A DNA stretch of 64,000 nt from the IMG/VR virus record IMGVR_UViG_3300020429_000529, positions 390,762 to 454,761 of that record, one strand, 5' to 3'. The DNA is from a virus. Below the pieces are notes generated by a model. That model was not told where the DNA came from and did not search any database. It saw nothing but the letters and a program-made list of their open reading frames with translations. Both the position numbers and the translations under genes were made by a program. Of this stretch, positions 35,983 to 45,891 are shown piece by piece. Positions within the stretch are counted from its first letter, which is position 1; each line of letters opens with the position of its first letter.

Positions 35983-36533
35983 GTCTGAACGTTCCAGGAT
36001 ACTGGCGCAAGAACATCCGCAACCTTGAATACATCATTTCTGGTAGCGAATGCTATATCGATGTCGTTAGTGGACAAGATCAATACATGATCTACCTGTC
36101 AGATATCCCCTGGGGCAGCAAGGATTACAGCGAACGTCGTCTCTTGATGTATCGACTGACAAAGACTTCTCTTGATACACTCAAAGATGCAGGTCCAATT
36201 GTCATTGATGATTTTTGGGAAGCAATGACAATCGCTGCGATGTTGACCGTCTTTGGTCTTGAGGTTCATCTTTCTGCTTCTCTGCGATACTCTCATGATG
36301 AGCAGTTTGGCACCGAAATTACAGATGAGGTCAATGGTAAGAGGCGGAAGAGAACCGTAGGCGTCTATGAGTTGTTTAGTTCCAGGCTCGAAGACCATGT
36401 TGTTTTTTACGAGAACGAAGACGAGGATATCGAGGATATTACTGGCGGTGATTTCATCAGAGAACAAGCCCCTATTCGAAGCCGCAGAATCAAACAAGAA
36501 GGCAAGATGTCTGTTGAGGAGTTTCTCGATTGA
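35979..36533 (+). CDS. paralog family member 3
   Basis: ...AMLTVFGLEVHLSAS. Confidence 0.5.
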   Translation: MSLNVPGYWRKNIRNLEYIISGSECYIDVVSGQDQYMIYLSDIPWGSKDYSERRLLMYRLTKTSLDTLKDAGPIVIDDFWEAMTIAAMLTVFGLEVHLSASLRYSHDEQFGTEITDEVNGKRRKRTVGVYELFSSRLEDHVVFYENEDEDIEDITGGDFIREQAPIRSRRIKQEGKMSVEEFLD

Positions 36534-37015
36534 GCGAATACAACAGATTTCTGCGTAGCGATCTCGTAGACTTCTTGGCGGACCTGTCTTTTGGAGGCAA
36601 TGTCTTCATCGATCTCTCTGTCATCAACGTCAAATGCGACAATGCTGACGGACTCGCATACTCTGTTGAGCTATCTGATTGTCCGTACTCGATCGGAAAC
36701 GAAGAAGCTCTAAAGAAGTATCAGGAACGATCTCGGAATGTCTTTGTTGACCAGAACATGTATGATTCGGATATCACTGATCCCGAGATAACTGAGCTTA
36801 GCCTGATTCAAGCCTTCAATACGGTTCATGTTATTGCCGGTTTACTGACAGGACTTGGTTACGAAGTGTATATCAACCTGGACTCTTCCAGCGACGAATA
36901 CATGACGTTTTTGGACTTTCAGAGAATTGCTGAACACGCAAGAAACATCAACGAGTTTCCAAATGAGGCCGAAATCAAGGTTCTCAGAGGCGGCGTGGCC
37001 TTGCAGGTGAAGTAG
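36530..37015 (+). CDS. paralog family member 4
   Basis: ...IAGLLTGLGYEVYINLDSS. Confidence 0.5.
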   Translation: MSEYNRFLRSDLVDFLADLSFGGNVFIDLSVINVKCDNADGLAYSVELSDCPYSIGNEEALKKYQERSRNVFVDQNMYDSDITDPEITELSLIQAFNTVHVIAGLLTGLGYEVYINLDSSSDEYMTFLDFQRIAEHARNINEFPNEAEIKVLRGGVALQVK

Positions 37016-37035
37016 TCAGCGGCTACTATTCGCTG

Positions 37036-37437
37036 ATGCCCTTACAGCAATGGACAGAGCAAACGCCGTCGTCGTCTGATGTTCTCGCATGCCAGCGGGC
37101 GCATCAACTCGACATCTGGTGGGCTCATTATGGCGAGGGCAAGGCAGATGAACAGCTTCTTGAGGTTGCTCCTGTCTGTACGCATGTCGATTCTGCAGTC
37201 CGCAGAGTTCTGTTGAGCGACGGCATTCCGCCGTACTCCATCTCTCCTGGTCTTGTTACGATTGAATCCGATGGAGATCCAATCTCTGTTGAGTTCGATC
37301 GCTTGTCCCCGCAATCTCTCGCCATGGCTATTGTCAAGGCGGGTATCTTGGCTTTCTTACCCGCAAGGAGCGAGAATCTTGACCACAGCAGTTCTACCGG
37401 AACCGCAGACGAAGACGGCAAGGAAGCAGAAGGATGA
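37036..37437 (+). CDS. hypothetical protein
   Basis: ORF. Confidence 0.45.
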   Translation: MPLQQWTEQTPSSSDVLACQRAHQLDIWWAHYGEGKADEQLLEVAPVCTHVDSAVRRVLLSDGIPPYSISPGLVTIESDGDPISVEFDRLSPQSLAMAIVKAGILAFLPARSENLDHSSSTGTADEDGKEAEG

Positions 37438-37453
37438 AAAGACATTCTGTGTC

Positions 37454-37750
37454 ATGCCAGAATCAGCGGGGTCGAAGAGCGCAGTTAGAACGATTGGTTC
37501 ATCGCCGAACGGCGGACAGGTCATGCAGCCTCTCGCGTCTTTCCAAGCAGAAGGCAATCGATTTACGCTCTACGCCAGACAATCCAATGGCAAGATCTCG
37601 ATGTTCTCGGCGATCATCGACAGCGGCGAGGTTATTTCCTTGTCGTGGCAGACGTACAACAATGAGAGCGTTTCGCATTCAGCCGTTAACAGGTCTCTAC
37701 CAGAAGAGACTCTGATGCGGCTGTTTTCTGGCAAGGATTTCGACGTATGA
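37454..37750 (+). CDS. hypothetical protein
   Basis: ORF from the internal ATG after the upstream stop. Confidence 0.4.
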   Translation: MPESAGSKSAVRTIGSSPNGGQVMQPLASFQAEGNRFTLYARQSNGKISMFSAIIDSGEVISLSWQTYNNESVSHSAVNRSLPEETLMRLFSGKDFDV

Positions 37751-38088
37751 AGAAAAAGAGCGTCAACACAACCAGGGGCGGCAATCTGCTACCTCTTGTA
37801 TTATGCGCTGCCCTGGCGCTCACTATCTTCGGTTCAGCCATGTTCTGGCTCTCGATGAAACTCGACACATCTCTGGCAATCAAACAACCTGCGCAGATAG
37901 AACCTTCTGTCGAGGAAGTCCAACCGCAAGAAGAACCTGTTGCAGAAGCAGAAGCAGACGAGGCGGAAGATGCTCCGTCTCTTGTCGATGCTGCTATTGA
38001 TGTCGCAACAGATGAAGAAGTCCAAGAGTCCGTTATGGGCAGAATCAAGAAATGGAGAGAAGACCGCAAGAACGAGGATGATGAATGA
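37747..38088 (+). CDS. hypothetical protein, N-terminal TM and acidic C-terminal region
   Basis: ORF. Confidence 0.5.
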   Translation: MKKKSVNTTRGGNLLPLVLCAALALTIFGSAMFWLSMKLDTSLAIKQPAQIEPSVEEVQPQEEPVAEAEADEAEDAPSLVDAAIDVATDEEVQESVMGRIKKWREDRKNEDDE

Positions 38089-38384
38089 AGTACGCATGGA
38101 CTTGGATTGCTGGTCAGTCTATCCAGACTTGGGCCGTTTCCCAACTCTCTCCGCTCGTTGCGAAGGCCTACAGCGCAACGACGGCTCAAGAGATGGCGGA
38201 AGCAATCATTCCCATGTATTTCCCTGTCATCCTTTTCTGGGCCTCAATCGTCATCCTCATTTCTCGTCGAAATCTGGTCAAGAACTGGAAGAGAGGCGAG
38301 CAAGCGTATAGAGAGTGCATCGAGTATCTCAAGCTCCAGGAAGGGCTTGAGCAAGCAAGGGCAGGACGCTGCATGATGATGTAA
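38085..38384 (+). CDS. hypothetical membrane protein
   Basis: ORF. Confidence 0.45.
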   Translation: MKYAWTWIAGQSIQTWAVSQLSPLVAKAYSATTAQEMAEAIIPMYFPVILFWASIVILISRRNLVKNWKRGEQAYRECIEYLKLQEGLEQARAGRCMMM

Positions 38385-38392
38385 GGTAAGTC

Positions 38393-38566
38393 ATGAAGTT
38401 CTGGCAGTCGGATGCCTTTCTTGGGCCGATCATGGTCATGATCGCTCCCCTTCTCGGCGTTCTCTTCGGCCTTGTTTGTTGGATTGTATTCATCAGAAAC
38501 CTACCAGAGCTTTTCTCATTGGCCTTTGAAGGCCGCAAAGAACGGAGACAAAGATGTCAACAGTAG
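38393..38566 (+). CDS. hypothetical small membrane protein (57 aa)
   Basis: Not in the ORF track (under 60 aa); hydrophobic helix. Confidence 0.35.
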   Translation: MKFWQSDAFLGPIMVMIAPLLGVLFGLVCWIVFIRNLPELFSLAFEGRKERRQRCQQ

Positions 38567-38922
38567 CAGCAATTCGAGACATCGCGAAATGGATCGCGAT
38601 CGTAACGCTGGTCCTCATTATCGTGAAATGGCTCTTGCTGCCGATCGCTTTCGTTTTCAGCTTCCTCAAGCTGCTGCTGATTCCGGCGGCAATCGTCTGG
38701 TTGATTGCGACCCTTTTGACGAAGGGGCGTCCGTCTTCTATTCAAACGATCGCTGGATATACGACTGTCATTGCAGCGGTCGCTCTGCTCGGCAAGTATG
38801 TCCTCTTGCCGTTCGCTTTCGTCATCGGCGTTGTTCAGGTCGCCTTCTTGCCAGCGCTGATCGTTTGGATCATCACGGCGCTTATCGCTCCGAGCGATGA
38901 CAGCGCTTCTCAAACCTCATAA
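38554..38922 (+). CDS. hypothetical membrane protein with internal duplication
   Basis: LLPIAFVFSFLKLLLIPAAIVWLIATLL and LLPFAFVIGVVQVAFLPALIVWIITALI. Confidence 0.5.
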   Translation: MSTVAAIRDIAKWIAIVTLVLIIVKWLLLPIAFVFSFLKLLLIPAAIVWLIATLLTKGRPSSIQTIAGYTTVIAAVALLGKYVLLPFAFVIGVVQVAFLPALIVWIITALIAPSDDSASQTS

Positions 38923-38935
38923 CAGGAGAACAGCT

Positions 38936-39304
38936 ATGGGCGGTACGAATGCAGGCACCGTTGCTCCGGTCGCTCCGCAGGCAAGCGGACAGACTATCGG
39001 AACGATGAACGATCTTCGAGTCCACATCGATCCCACGACCAGTCAGGTCCACATCCATGACGACAAGGCAGGATTTAAGTTCGCCACTCCTGTCGCCGAT
39101 TTCGAGAACGCATGGAGCAAGGGCGAGTCTGATGGCTTCGCTACGCCCATGGAGATGATCGGAACAGATGGCAAGGGGCAACCTGTAACTGCCAAGTTCA
39201 CGAAGGTTGTCAACGGAGGCGTCCTCGACCTGGCTGTGGAGATCGCCAAGGCCTCATGGGGGCCGAACTTCGCGGCGCTCAAGAACCTCGTTGACGGCAA
39301 CTGA
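38936..39304 (+). CDS. hypothetical protein
   Basis: ORF. Confidence 0.45.
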   Translation: MGGTNAGTVAPVAPQASGQTIGTMNDLRVHIDPTTSQVHIHDDKAGFKFATPVADFENAWSKGESDGFATPMEMIGTDGKGQPVTAKFTKVVNGGVLDLAVEIAKASWGPNFAALKNLVDGN

Positions 39305-39345
39305 ACCCTCTTGCGGGTGATCGTCTTTTGTTGTAGGATGTTTGC

Positions 39346-39717
39346 ATGTCCAAAGTTACTCAGGAATTCTTCTGCACCAATAGCGGCGGCGGCTGCGGCG
39401 GCTACTTTCTCGCAAAGCTGAACACCGGCATCGATGGAGTCGTCGAAGTCGTTTGTCCAAACTGCGGACACAAGCATCAGCGCAAGATCGACAAGGGCGT
39501 CATCAAGGAACAGTTCAGGTTTAGCGATAAACCGACTCAAGAGATTCATCCAACAAAGGCAACCTTCCGAACAGAGCCATATACTGCGGCTATGAAGAAG
39601 AAGGCAGGCGGAGCAGGCGAGCGCGACGCTGTTGTTCTCGCAGAGCAGACAGACGGCAAAGGAAACATCCTCAGCGGCCTCGGTCGCTGGATCGAAAGAT
39701 TCGGAGACCGGCAATGA
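39346..39717 (+). CDS. hypothetical zinc-ribbon protein
   Basis: CTNSGGGCGG...CPNCGHKH. Confidence 0.5.
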   Translation: MSKVTQEFFCTNSGGGCGGYFLAKLNTGIDGVVEVVCPNCGHKHQRKIDKGVIKEQFRFSDKPTQEIHPTKATFRTEPYTAAMKKKAGGAGERDAVVLAEQTDGKGNILSGLGRWIERFGDRQ

Positions 39718-40079
39718 CAACCGCAGAGATGACGAAGATCCAGTTCAGCCCCATCGCTCGCGGACGACAGTTCCGAGAAGTCGAGACCTCAATGCAGGTC
39801 GTGGGAGACGATCAGATCGAAGCAGTCGAGGCTGATCCCAAGAAGTTCCTGTTCCGCATCATCGACCAGAAGGACGGCGACAAACGACTGGTTTGGGATA
39901 GTACGAACATGGCCGACATCCGAGAGGCTCGTCGCATGTTCAACCACTTCCTTCAGCAGGGCTTGACTGCCTATCGGGTCACGCCTGGCGGCAAGAAGTC
40001 AACGCAGTCCATGGAGGAGTTCGACCCGACCGCTGAAGAGATTCTTTTCATGCCTATCACGCTCGTTGCGGGAGGCTGA
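39714..40079 (+). CDS. hypothetical protein
   Basis: ORF. Confidence 0.5.
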   Translation: MTTAEMTKIQFSPIARGRQFREVETSMQVVGDDQIEAVEADPKKFLFRIIDQKDGDKRLVWDSTNMADIREARRMFNHFLQQGLTAYRVTPGGKKSTQSMEEFDPTAEEILFMPITLVAGG

Positions 40080-40081
40080 GG

Positions 40082-40360
40082 ATGGCGGAATCGGATAGTC
40101 ATCCCAACTGGAAAACTGTACGAGGCCCAAGATCAGCTATGGCCTTCATGAGGTCGCTGGTGTCCTCGGAACAGACAGAAAGCAGGTGCCCCCAAGTGAG
40201 CGATGTACCCGAAAAACTCGTAGAGTCAGCGAAGGAACTGGCTCTGCAGGCTCTCGACAACAATGACACGCACGAAGTTGCAATCAACATCGTTGTCACC
40301 AATATCGAGGGCATCGAGCAGAAGGTGAACTGTACCGTCAACAGAAAGATGACGACTTGA
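40082..40360 (+). CDS. hypothetical protein
   Basis: ORF. Confidence 0.45.
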   Translation: MAESDSHPNWKTVRGPRSAMAFMRSLVSSEQTESRCPQVSDVPEKLVESAKELALQALDNNDTHEVAINIVVTNIEGIEQKVNCTVNRKMTT

Positions 40361-41244
40361 GACGCACTGGCTCCTCATCTAAACCCGATTGGGTAACGCA
40401 CGAAGGCGAGCTTGTTGGTATCATGCTCGGCGCAGACTTTTGCGCGGAACATGAGTTCGGCATCAAGCGGCTACGAGAAATGCTCGGCATCATTGACCGT
40501 GACAAAGCCGACCGAACCAAGGTCTTCGGCGCTGATCGCTACAAGGTCAATGCCGTTGATCCGAAGCTATTCTGGTTCAAGGAACTGAAGTCTCGTCATG
40601 ATGCGGTCCTGATCTGTTCCTCGCATATCGGTTCGGACTGGCATGCTGAGCAACGAGCGAAGTTGGAGAAGGGCAGCTTCGACAAGTTCTGTCAGAACTT
40701 CGAGATCGACATTCATAAGCCGTTCCGCGAAGATGATGAACCTCAGGTTCTCGCTACCGCATGGGACGAAGGATCGTTCGGCATTCATGCCAAGGGCAAA
40801 GAAGGCGTTGAGTACCTGAGACGACTGTATCAGGCGTTTTTGGACAACGATGTTGTTGTCTATCTCGGCGCTCCGCCTCTTCCTGCCTTCTCCAACTCGT
40901 CGCTGAATCTCATGATCGCTTCGCAGATTCCGCAAGAGGGTCTCGATCAGATGGAGACCTGCGATAGAGAAGCGTGGGAACTCAAGCGGGACGCTGAAAA
41001 GACCGGCATCGAAGAGAGGCTTCGTAAGGCTGGTTGCAGGTTCTACGCTCTCAGTCCCAGACGAGGGCTGCTTGAGAGCCGAGTCAGCCACGGCAAGATC
41101 CCTCCGTCGAAGCATGACATCATGTTCTGGCTCAACCCTATGGAGCAGAACAGATACGATCATGGCTGGTTCACGGTCGAGGAGCTTGACCTGTGGATCA
41201 AGGGCGAAGGCCCCGTCATCAAGAAGAAGGAAGCCGCATCATGA
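40357..41244 (+). CDS. hypothetical protein
   Basis: ORF. Confidence 0.5.
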   Translation: MRRTGSSSKPDWVTHEGELVGIMLGADFCAEHEFGIKRLREMLGIIDRDKADRTKVFGADRYKVNAVDPKLFWFKELKSRHDAVLICSSHIGSDWHAEQRAKLEKGSFDKFCQNFEIDIHKPFREDDEPQVLATAWDEGSFGIHAKGKEGVEYLRRLYQAFLDNDVVVYLGAPPLPAFSNSSLNLMIASQIPQEGLDQMETCDREAWELKRDAEKTGIEERLRKAGCRFYALSPRRGLLESRVSHGKIPPSKHDIMFWLNPMEQNRYDHGWFTVEELDLWIKGEGPVIKKKEAAS

Positions 41245-41396
41245 AGGCAGGAGAGTTCGCCAACTACCTTCTTGATCTCGCCTACTTGCATGCGCATGGT
41301 AAGATCAAATTCAAGAGGCCTCGCCTTTACAAAGGCTGGGTCAAACGGGTTGTTGGCGACACCACGATGTGGATCGATGTGAGGCAAACGGCATGA
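41241..41396 (+). CDS. hypothetical small protein
   Basis: ORF. Confidence 0.35.
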   Translation: MKAGEFANYLLDLAYLHAHGKIKFKRPRLYKGWVKRVVGDTTMWIDVRQTA

Positions 41397-41617
41397 TTGT
41401 TGAAGAATCTCAGATCAAGCAGATGGGACGAGTTGCGAAGTCAATTGCTGATTGCGAGACAGCTTCTCTTCGAAGCAGACTCGAAGCGCATTTGGTTTTG
41501 AGCCGCCTTGAGTCTCTTCATGCTTGTCTTTGTTGCGATCATCTTCCTGCTGACCAGCATAGCAAGAACGATGTCGAGTTCGACTTGTCGAAAGACATCG
41601 GAAGGAAGCTCCTATGA
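41393..41617 (+). CDS. hypothetical small protein
   Basis: ORF with ATGA overlap. Confidence 0.4.
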   Translation: MIVEESQIKQMGRVAKSIADCETASLRSRLEAHLVLSRLESLHACLCCDHLPADQHSKNDVEFDLSKDIGRKLL

Positions 41618-42015
41618 GAGTCGAATCTCTGACAGATGAACAAGCAATGTTCGCCATGATTCAGGTCGGCGAATGGTTGCGCATCAAAGAAGATCAAGGA
41701 CAGCAGACTAACTCTCCCGATGCAACGCATTCATCGCTTCTTCATTGGCTCTTGAAGGGCAACAAGCCTTTGCCTAAGCCTCCGCCAGTTCTCTACAGTC
41801 GCCCGTGCCATGCTCTTGCGTCAGGCGAGACGATTACTCTTCATGATCCTCCTATTCGATATCCTGATGGCGACAATGTTGTCGTTGCGCAGAATAAAGA
41901 ATGGCAATGGGTGGATCATGGTCAGGGTCTTCTCAAGCACGTTCCTTCCGATCAAATATACCAGTATGACTCTGATGCCAAGACGCTCCGCAAAGTCGAG
42001 GTCCAAGTCGTATGA
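41614..42015 (+). CDS. hypothetical protein
   Basis: ORF. Confidence 0.5.
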   Translation: MRVESLTDEQAMFAMIQVGEWLRIKEDQGQQTNSPDATHSSLLHWLLKGNKPLPKPPPVLYSRPCHALASGETITLHDPPIRYPDGDNVVVAQNKEWQWVDHGQGLLKHVPSDQIYQYDSDAKTLRKVEVQVV

Positions 42016-43289
42016 CCGCCGTCGCCGCTCAACCTGAAACAATCGATCTCGCTGATGTTGTTGCTGCGATGGAAGCGCATGTCGCCGAGATACCGCCAGG
42101 ACCGAGCGACGAAGAGATCGCAGCCGAACATGTCGAAGTCGAAGTCGATCTGAGACCAGGCGACTTTGATACGCTCAACGGCGAAGCGGAAGTCACCATT
42201 CGCTGCCCTCTGACCGAGGAAGTCTACTGTCAACAGCATGAGTACGGCGACCGCCGATTGACCCGAATCGATGATGAGACAAACCTCGTCACCGAAGTCG
42301 TCGATGCCGGTCCTGATTTTTCGCGCCCAGGAAGAGCCGACGCAAGACTCCGCATCAGAGCATGGACCGACAAGAAGATCAAATTGAACTTTGTCTCCTC
42401 GCCAGGTCTGCTTCGTAACGGCGATCATACAGGAGAGGATGTCGTGAATACCTACCATGCAACTATGCTTCGGAGCATCTCTCACGCAGTCGATGAGGAA
42501 GTCAACACCTGGTCGTATGCTGACAGGAAAGCATGGCACAGCCTCTCTGACACGGACAATCGAGTCAACTACAAGACCTCGATCTGGTTTGAAGGCAACG
42601 ACACAACAACCAGCGCAACAACTACCAGTTACTCGCCTTGGCGAAACTACACGACTGCTGATACAACGAACTCAACCACCGTCTTCTACGACGCTTACCG
42701 AGATGCCCTTGGAAGGCATGTCAAGTATTGGAGCGGTCGAGGCGAAGATCAGACCGTCATCGATCCCAAGCAGCGCATGCGAGACATTCTCCGTCATCGC
42801 AGAGCGCCTCGCGTCCATATCAGGCACGGCAACTCCCCCGGTCCCGCCAAGACCCAAGCCGAAGTCCGAGCCCGTCAAACGCTTCGCCGCATGATCGGAG
42901 AAGAGGCGTACCGCAAGTACCTCAGCCGAGGCTTTGTCCTCGTCTTCGGATGCAGCGGACGCATCTATCAGGTTCAGCCTGGTCACAAGTTCACGAAAGT
43001 CTGGTACGAAGGCGAACAGATCGAGCAACTCTGCGCCGTTCTGCCCTCTGAGTTCGCTCCAACCGATTCGGTCATCATGCGGATCTGTCTCATCGAACAG
43101 TCGGAAGACCTGTTCAAGGGCAAGGCCATCAAGCATGGCGCTGACCGCAGGCGTCCGAATGACATCTCGTACGCGCCGTACAATCAACGCATCGCTGTCC
43201 CTGGCGTCGAGGACATCGCTGAAGAATCGCTCCCCGCCATCTTTGCCAAACTCAAGGAGCAAGAGAAGAAGATCGTCGCTGCTGCATAA
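42012..43289 (+). CDS. hypothetical protein (425 aa; T/N-rich segment)
   Basis: ORF. Confidence 0.55.
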   Translation: MTAVAAQPETIDLADVVAAMEAHVAEIPPGPSDEEIAAEHVEVEVDLRPGDFDTLNGEAEVTIRCPLTEEVYCQQHEYGDRRLTRIDDETNLVTEVVDAGPDFSRPGRADARLRIRAWTDKKIKLNFVSSPGLLRNGDHTGEDVVNTYHATMLRSISHAVDEEVNTWSYADRKAWHSLSDTDNRVNYKTSIWFEGNDTTTSATTTSYSPWRNYTTADTTNSTTVFYDAYRDALGRHVKYWSGRGEDQTVIDPKQRMRDILRHRRAPRVHIRHGNSPGPAKTQAEVRARQTLRRMIGEEAYRKYLSRGFVLVFGCSGRIYQVQPGHKFTKVWYEGEQIEQLCAVLPSEFAPTDSVIMRICLIEQSEDLFKGKAIKHGADRRRPNDISYAPYNQRIAVPGVEDIAEESLPAIFAKLKEQEKKIVAAA

Positions 43290-43300
43290 GGAACCTGTCT

Positions 43301-43642
43301 TTGAAACTCTCTTTCATCATCCCGTTCTTGGCCTTCTTTGCGGCCCCTGTCTGTATCATTGTTGCAGAAGCTCAAGGCGTCGAACGACCTGGCGTTATCT
43401 TCGGACCTCCGATAGGATGGTTTGTCTACGACCTCGCTCGTTTTTCTCTTGGCTTTTTCATTGGCTGGATGATCGGACGGTTGTTCAGAGATAACGAGTA
43501 CGCTGCTCGACTGAAGAACGCTCTCAAAGACAAGCCAGAAGCAACGAAAGAAGATGGCGATGATTGGTATTCAGGACTACCCGAAGGGCATGCTCTCATG
43601 GATGATCCCGTTGACGAGTACCCTTTGGTTCGCCGAAACTGA
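43301..43642 (+). CDS. hypothetical membrane protein
   Basis: ORF. Confidence 0.45.
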   Translation: MKLSFIIPFLAFFAAPVCIIVAEAQGVERPGVIFGPPIGWFVYDLARFSLGFFIGWMIGRLFRDNEYAARLKNALKDKPEATKEDGDDWYSGLPEGHALMDDPVDEYPLVRRN

Positions 43643-43677
43643 GCAGGTGGCATAGATCGCTGCTACAATGATGAAGT

Positions 43678-44265
43678 ATGAAGAAACGTCTGCTGTCCAT
43701 TGCGAGTCAAGGAGTTGAACTTCTCGCGCTTATAGTGCTGACGTTGTTCGGCGCAGCCTTCGTACTTCTCCCGTATCATCCAAACCAGATCATTTCAATC
43801 GTCGCAACGGCAGTATTCCTGCTTGCGACTTTGCTGCTGTCGTCTATGGCTATCAAGCCATGGATCGAGGACGGCTTTGAACTGCCCGCAGCAAACTACC
43901 TGTCGAAGATACAGCTTTACTTCTTGAGGTTCTCGATCTTCGCTCCGTTTGCATCCGCTATCCTCTGGCTCGCTGTTGTCTGGTTCAGCGCAAACTGGGC
44001 AACGTATCTCGCCATCTATGTTGCTATGGCCGGAGTCTTGTCTTTCTGCCTGATCGGGTTGACGACTCCAATCAGAATGGCAATCTCATCGATATACATC
44101 GCTTTCGTTGAGAGAGAAAAGTCTCCGCAGATGACTCGGTTCTCTCAGATTGTAACCTGTCTTGATTTTGTTGTCTTGGGGCTGATTGCATCTTTCGCGC
44201 CCATGATGGCTTGCGAGAAAATCGTAGAAGTAGCGAAGACCCTGCTAATAGGAGCAAGCTCATGA
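43678..44265 (+). CDS. hypothetical polytopic membrane protein
   Basis: ORF. Confidence 0.5.
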   Translation: MKKRLLSIASQGVELLALIVLTLFGAAFVLLPYHPNQIISIVATAVFLLATLLLSSMAIKPWIEDGFELPAANYLSKIQLYFLRFSIFAPFASAILWLAVVWFSANWATYLAIYVAMAGVLSFCLIGLTTPIRMAISSIYIAFVEREKSPQMTRFSQIVTCLDFVVLGLIASFAPMMACEKIVEVAKTLLIGASS

Positions 44266-44681
44266 ACCCTGATGTCTTTATCCAGCTTCTCGAAGAGACT
44301 CAGGCGCATGGCCGCAACCTGATGTTCGCAGGAGAGATCTGCTTCTATGTCGCTGCGTTCATGCTCTTCTTGCTGCTTCTTGGCCTCGCCGTCGCTCATA
44401 TGCACTTCAAGAAGCAGGATAGCAGCATCCTCGGCGTCGGCTTCTCGGTCGTCGGAGGCGTCGGATTGATCGCTTGCTGCCTCGCTGGCGGTATCTGCCT
44501 CTACGAGGGCTCTCAGAAGGTCAATATGCCCATCCAAGAGGTCAGCCAGTCGTTCATGTGGAAGACCCATATCGAGGCCAACAGGCAGCAGCTATACGCC
44601 GATCAGCTTCGAGTGGAACAGGAAATGATTCAGTCGATTCTTGACGATGCAAGTCACAGACTGCCATCGTCAGGAGATTAG
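44262..44681 (+). CDS. hypothetical membrane protein
   Basis: ORF. Confidence 0.45.
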   Translation: MNPDVFIQLLEETQAHGRNLMFAGEICFYVAAFMLFLLLLGLAVAHMHFKKQDSSILGVGFSVVGGVGLIACCLAGGICLYEGSQKVNMPIQEVSQSFMWKTHIEANRQQLYADQLRVEQEMIQSILDDASHRLPSSGD

Positions 44682-44687
44682 AGGTTT

Positions 44688-45407
44688 ATGGAAGAAGGCG
44701 CAGGTCGAAACAATCTACGAGACAAGTTCTACGGAATTATCAATGCCAATCTACCTCTGCAACGACAGAACTTTCATCCGTCGTTCTGGGAAACAATCGA
44801 AAAACGGTACGCAGACCCGACATGCGAAGGCGGGCAACGGCGATACCACACACTCGAACATGTTCTCGACTGCTGCCAAGTCCTCGACGAGTACCAGGCA
44901 GAAACAGATGAACTGAGCCGCGCCGAATACGAGCGCCTCTTCATCGCCCTTGTCTACCACGACATCGTGTACCATTCAGACGGCTCGGTCCATAACGAAC
45001 AGGAGTCTGCCCTTTTCGCGCAGAGAGAACTCTTCGCTATGGGCGTTTCGTACAACTTTGCCTCAGACGTTGGGCGTTTTGTCCTCGATACAGATCATAC
45101 CCGCCCGCTCCGAGATCATCATGCCGCCTCTGTCATCAGAGACATCGACTTCCACGGAATGGGTCTTAGCTATGAACTATTCAAGGGCAACGGCATCAGG
45201 ATCCAGGAAGAGTTCAACAATGTTGAAGAGAAAGACTTCATCATTGGCAGGTACTCTTTTCTCAACAGCGTAAGCAAGCTTTCGTCGATATACAAGGTAG
45301 ACTGGTTCCGACGCCGATACGAACGTCAGGCACGGAACAATATCAACAAGAGAATGAGCGAGCTTGCAATAGAAGCAAAGAAGCTCGGCTTCTCCTGCGA
45401 GAATTGA
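44688..45407 (+). CDS. HD-superfamily metal-dependent phosphohydrolase (COG4339-like)
   Basis: RYHTLEHVLDC ... LVYHDIVY (H...HD). Confidence 0.5.
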   Translation: MEEGAGRNNLRDKFYGIINANLPLQRQNFHPSFWETIEKRYADPTCEGGQRRYHTLEHVLDCCQVLDEYQAETDELSRAEYERLFIALVYHDIVYHSDGSVHNEQESALFAQRELFAMGVSYNFASDVGRFVLDTDHTRPLRDHHAASVIRDIDFHGMGLSYELFKGNGIRIQEEFNNVEEKDFIIGRYSFLNSVSKLSSIYKVDWFRRRYERQARNNINKRMSELAIEAKKLGFSCEN

Positions 45408-45416
45408 GGCAATAAC

Positions 45417-45746
45417 ATGAACTACCTGGCAGTTGTCGCAACCATCGTCCTGGGGCTATTCATCAGCGGATGTTCGAGCCCCGATCGAAGAGATGCGGAT
45501 CAAACGCCTCCCGATCGAACCGAAGCCACCATCGAAGAACGAGTCTTTATCACGAATGTCAAGATGGAAGACGACGATGGCAAGCTCCTGTATCACCAGA
45601 TCTTCTACTCGTATGAGCAGCCCAAGACGGATTGGGAGACAGGTGAACTGGTTATCATTGTTGCTGACACCGGCATGCCGCTCCGAATACCCATCGAGTT
45701 CGAGTGGATGGTGCAAGAGGGAATGCGGACGAGGACGATAGGGTAA
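45417..45746 (+). CDS. putative lipoprotein
   Basis: Signal peptide with lipobox-like LFISGC. Confidence 0.5.
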   Translation: MNYLAVVATIVLGLFISGCSSPDRRDADQTPPDRTEATIEERVFITNVKMEDDDGKLLYHQIFYSYEQPKTDWETGELVIIVADTGMPLRIPIEFEWMVQEGMRTRTIG

Positions 45747-45772
45747 ATAAGCCACTCAGCCCCGCGCTGACG

Positions 45773-45808
45773 CCCGTCGCCTGCTTTATTGCGGGTGACG
45801 GGCTTTTT
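45773..45808 (+). terminator. rho-independent terminator
   Basis: CCCGTCGCC-loop-GGTGACGGG then CTTTTT. Confidence 0.5.
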
Positions 45809-45811
45809 CAA

Positions 45812-45849
45812 TTGATCTCACGAAATGTGACATCCGAAACCCATATAAT
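45812..45849 (+). promoter_or_regulatory. candidate sigma70-type promoter (perfect TATAAT -10 at 45844-45849); GTGACAT repeated twice
   Basis: TATAAT about 40 bp upstream of the 45892 ATG; the -35 is poor. Confidence 0.3.
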
Positions 45850-45891
45850 CGTGACATGCAGCAAGCCTTGTCACAAGGGCGAGGATGATCC

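Noticed and set aside
37434-37715. R-rich 93-aa + ORF
   Set aside because: Arginine-rich off-frame overlapping the better-supported 37454-37750 frame.
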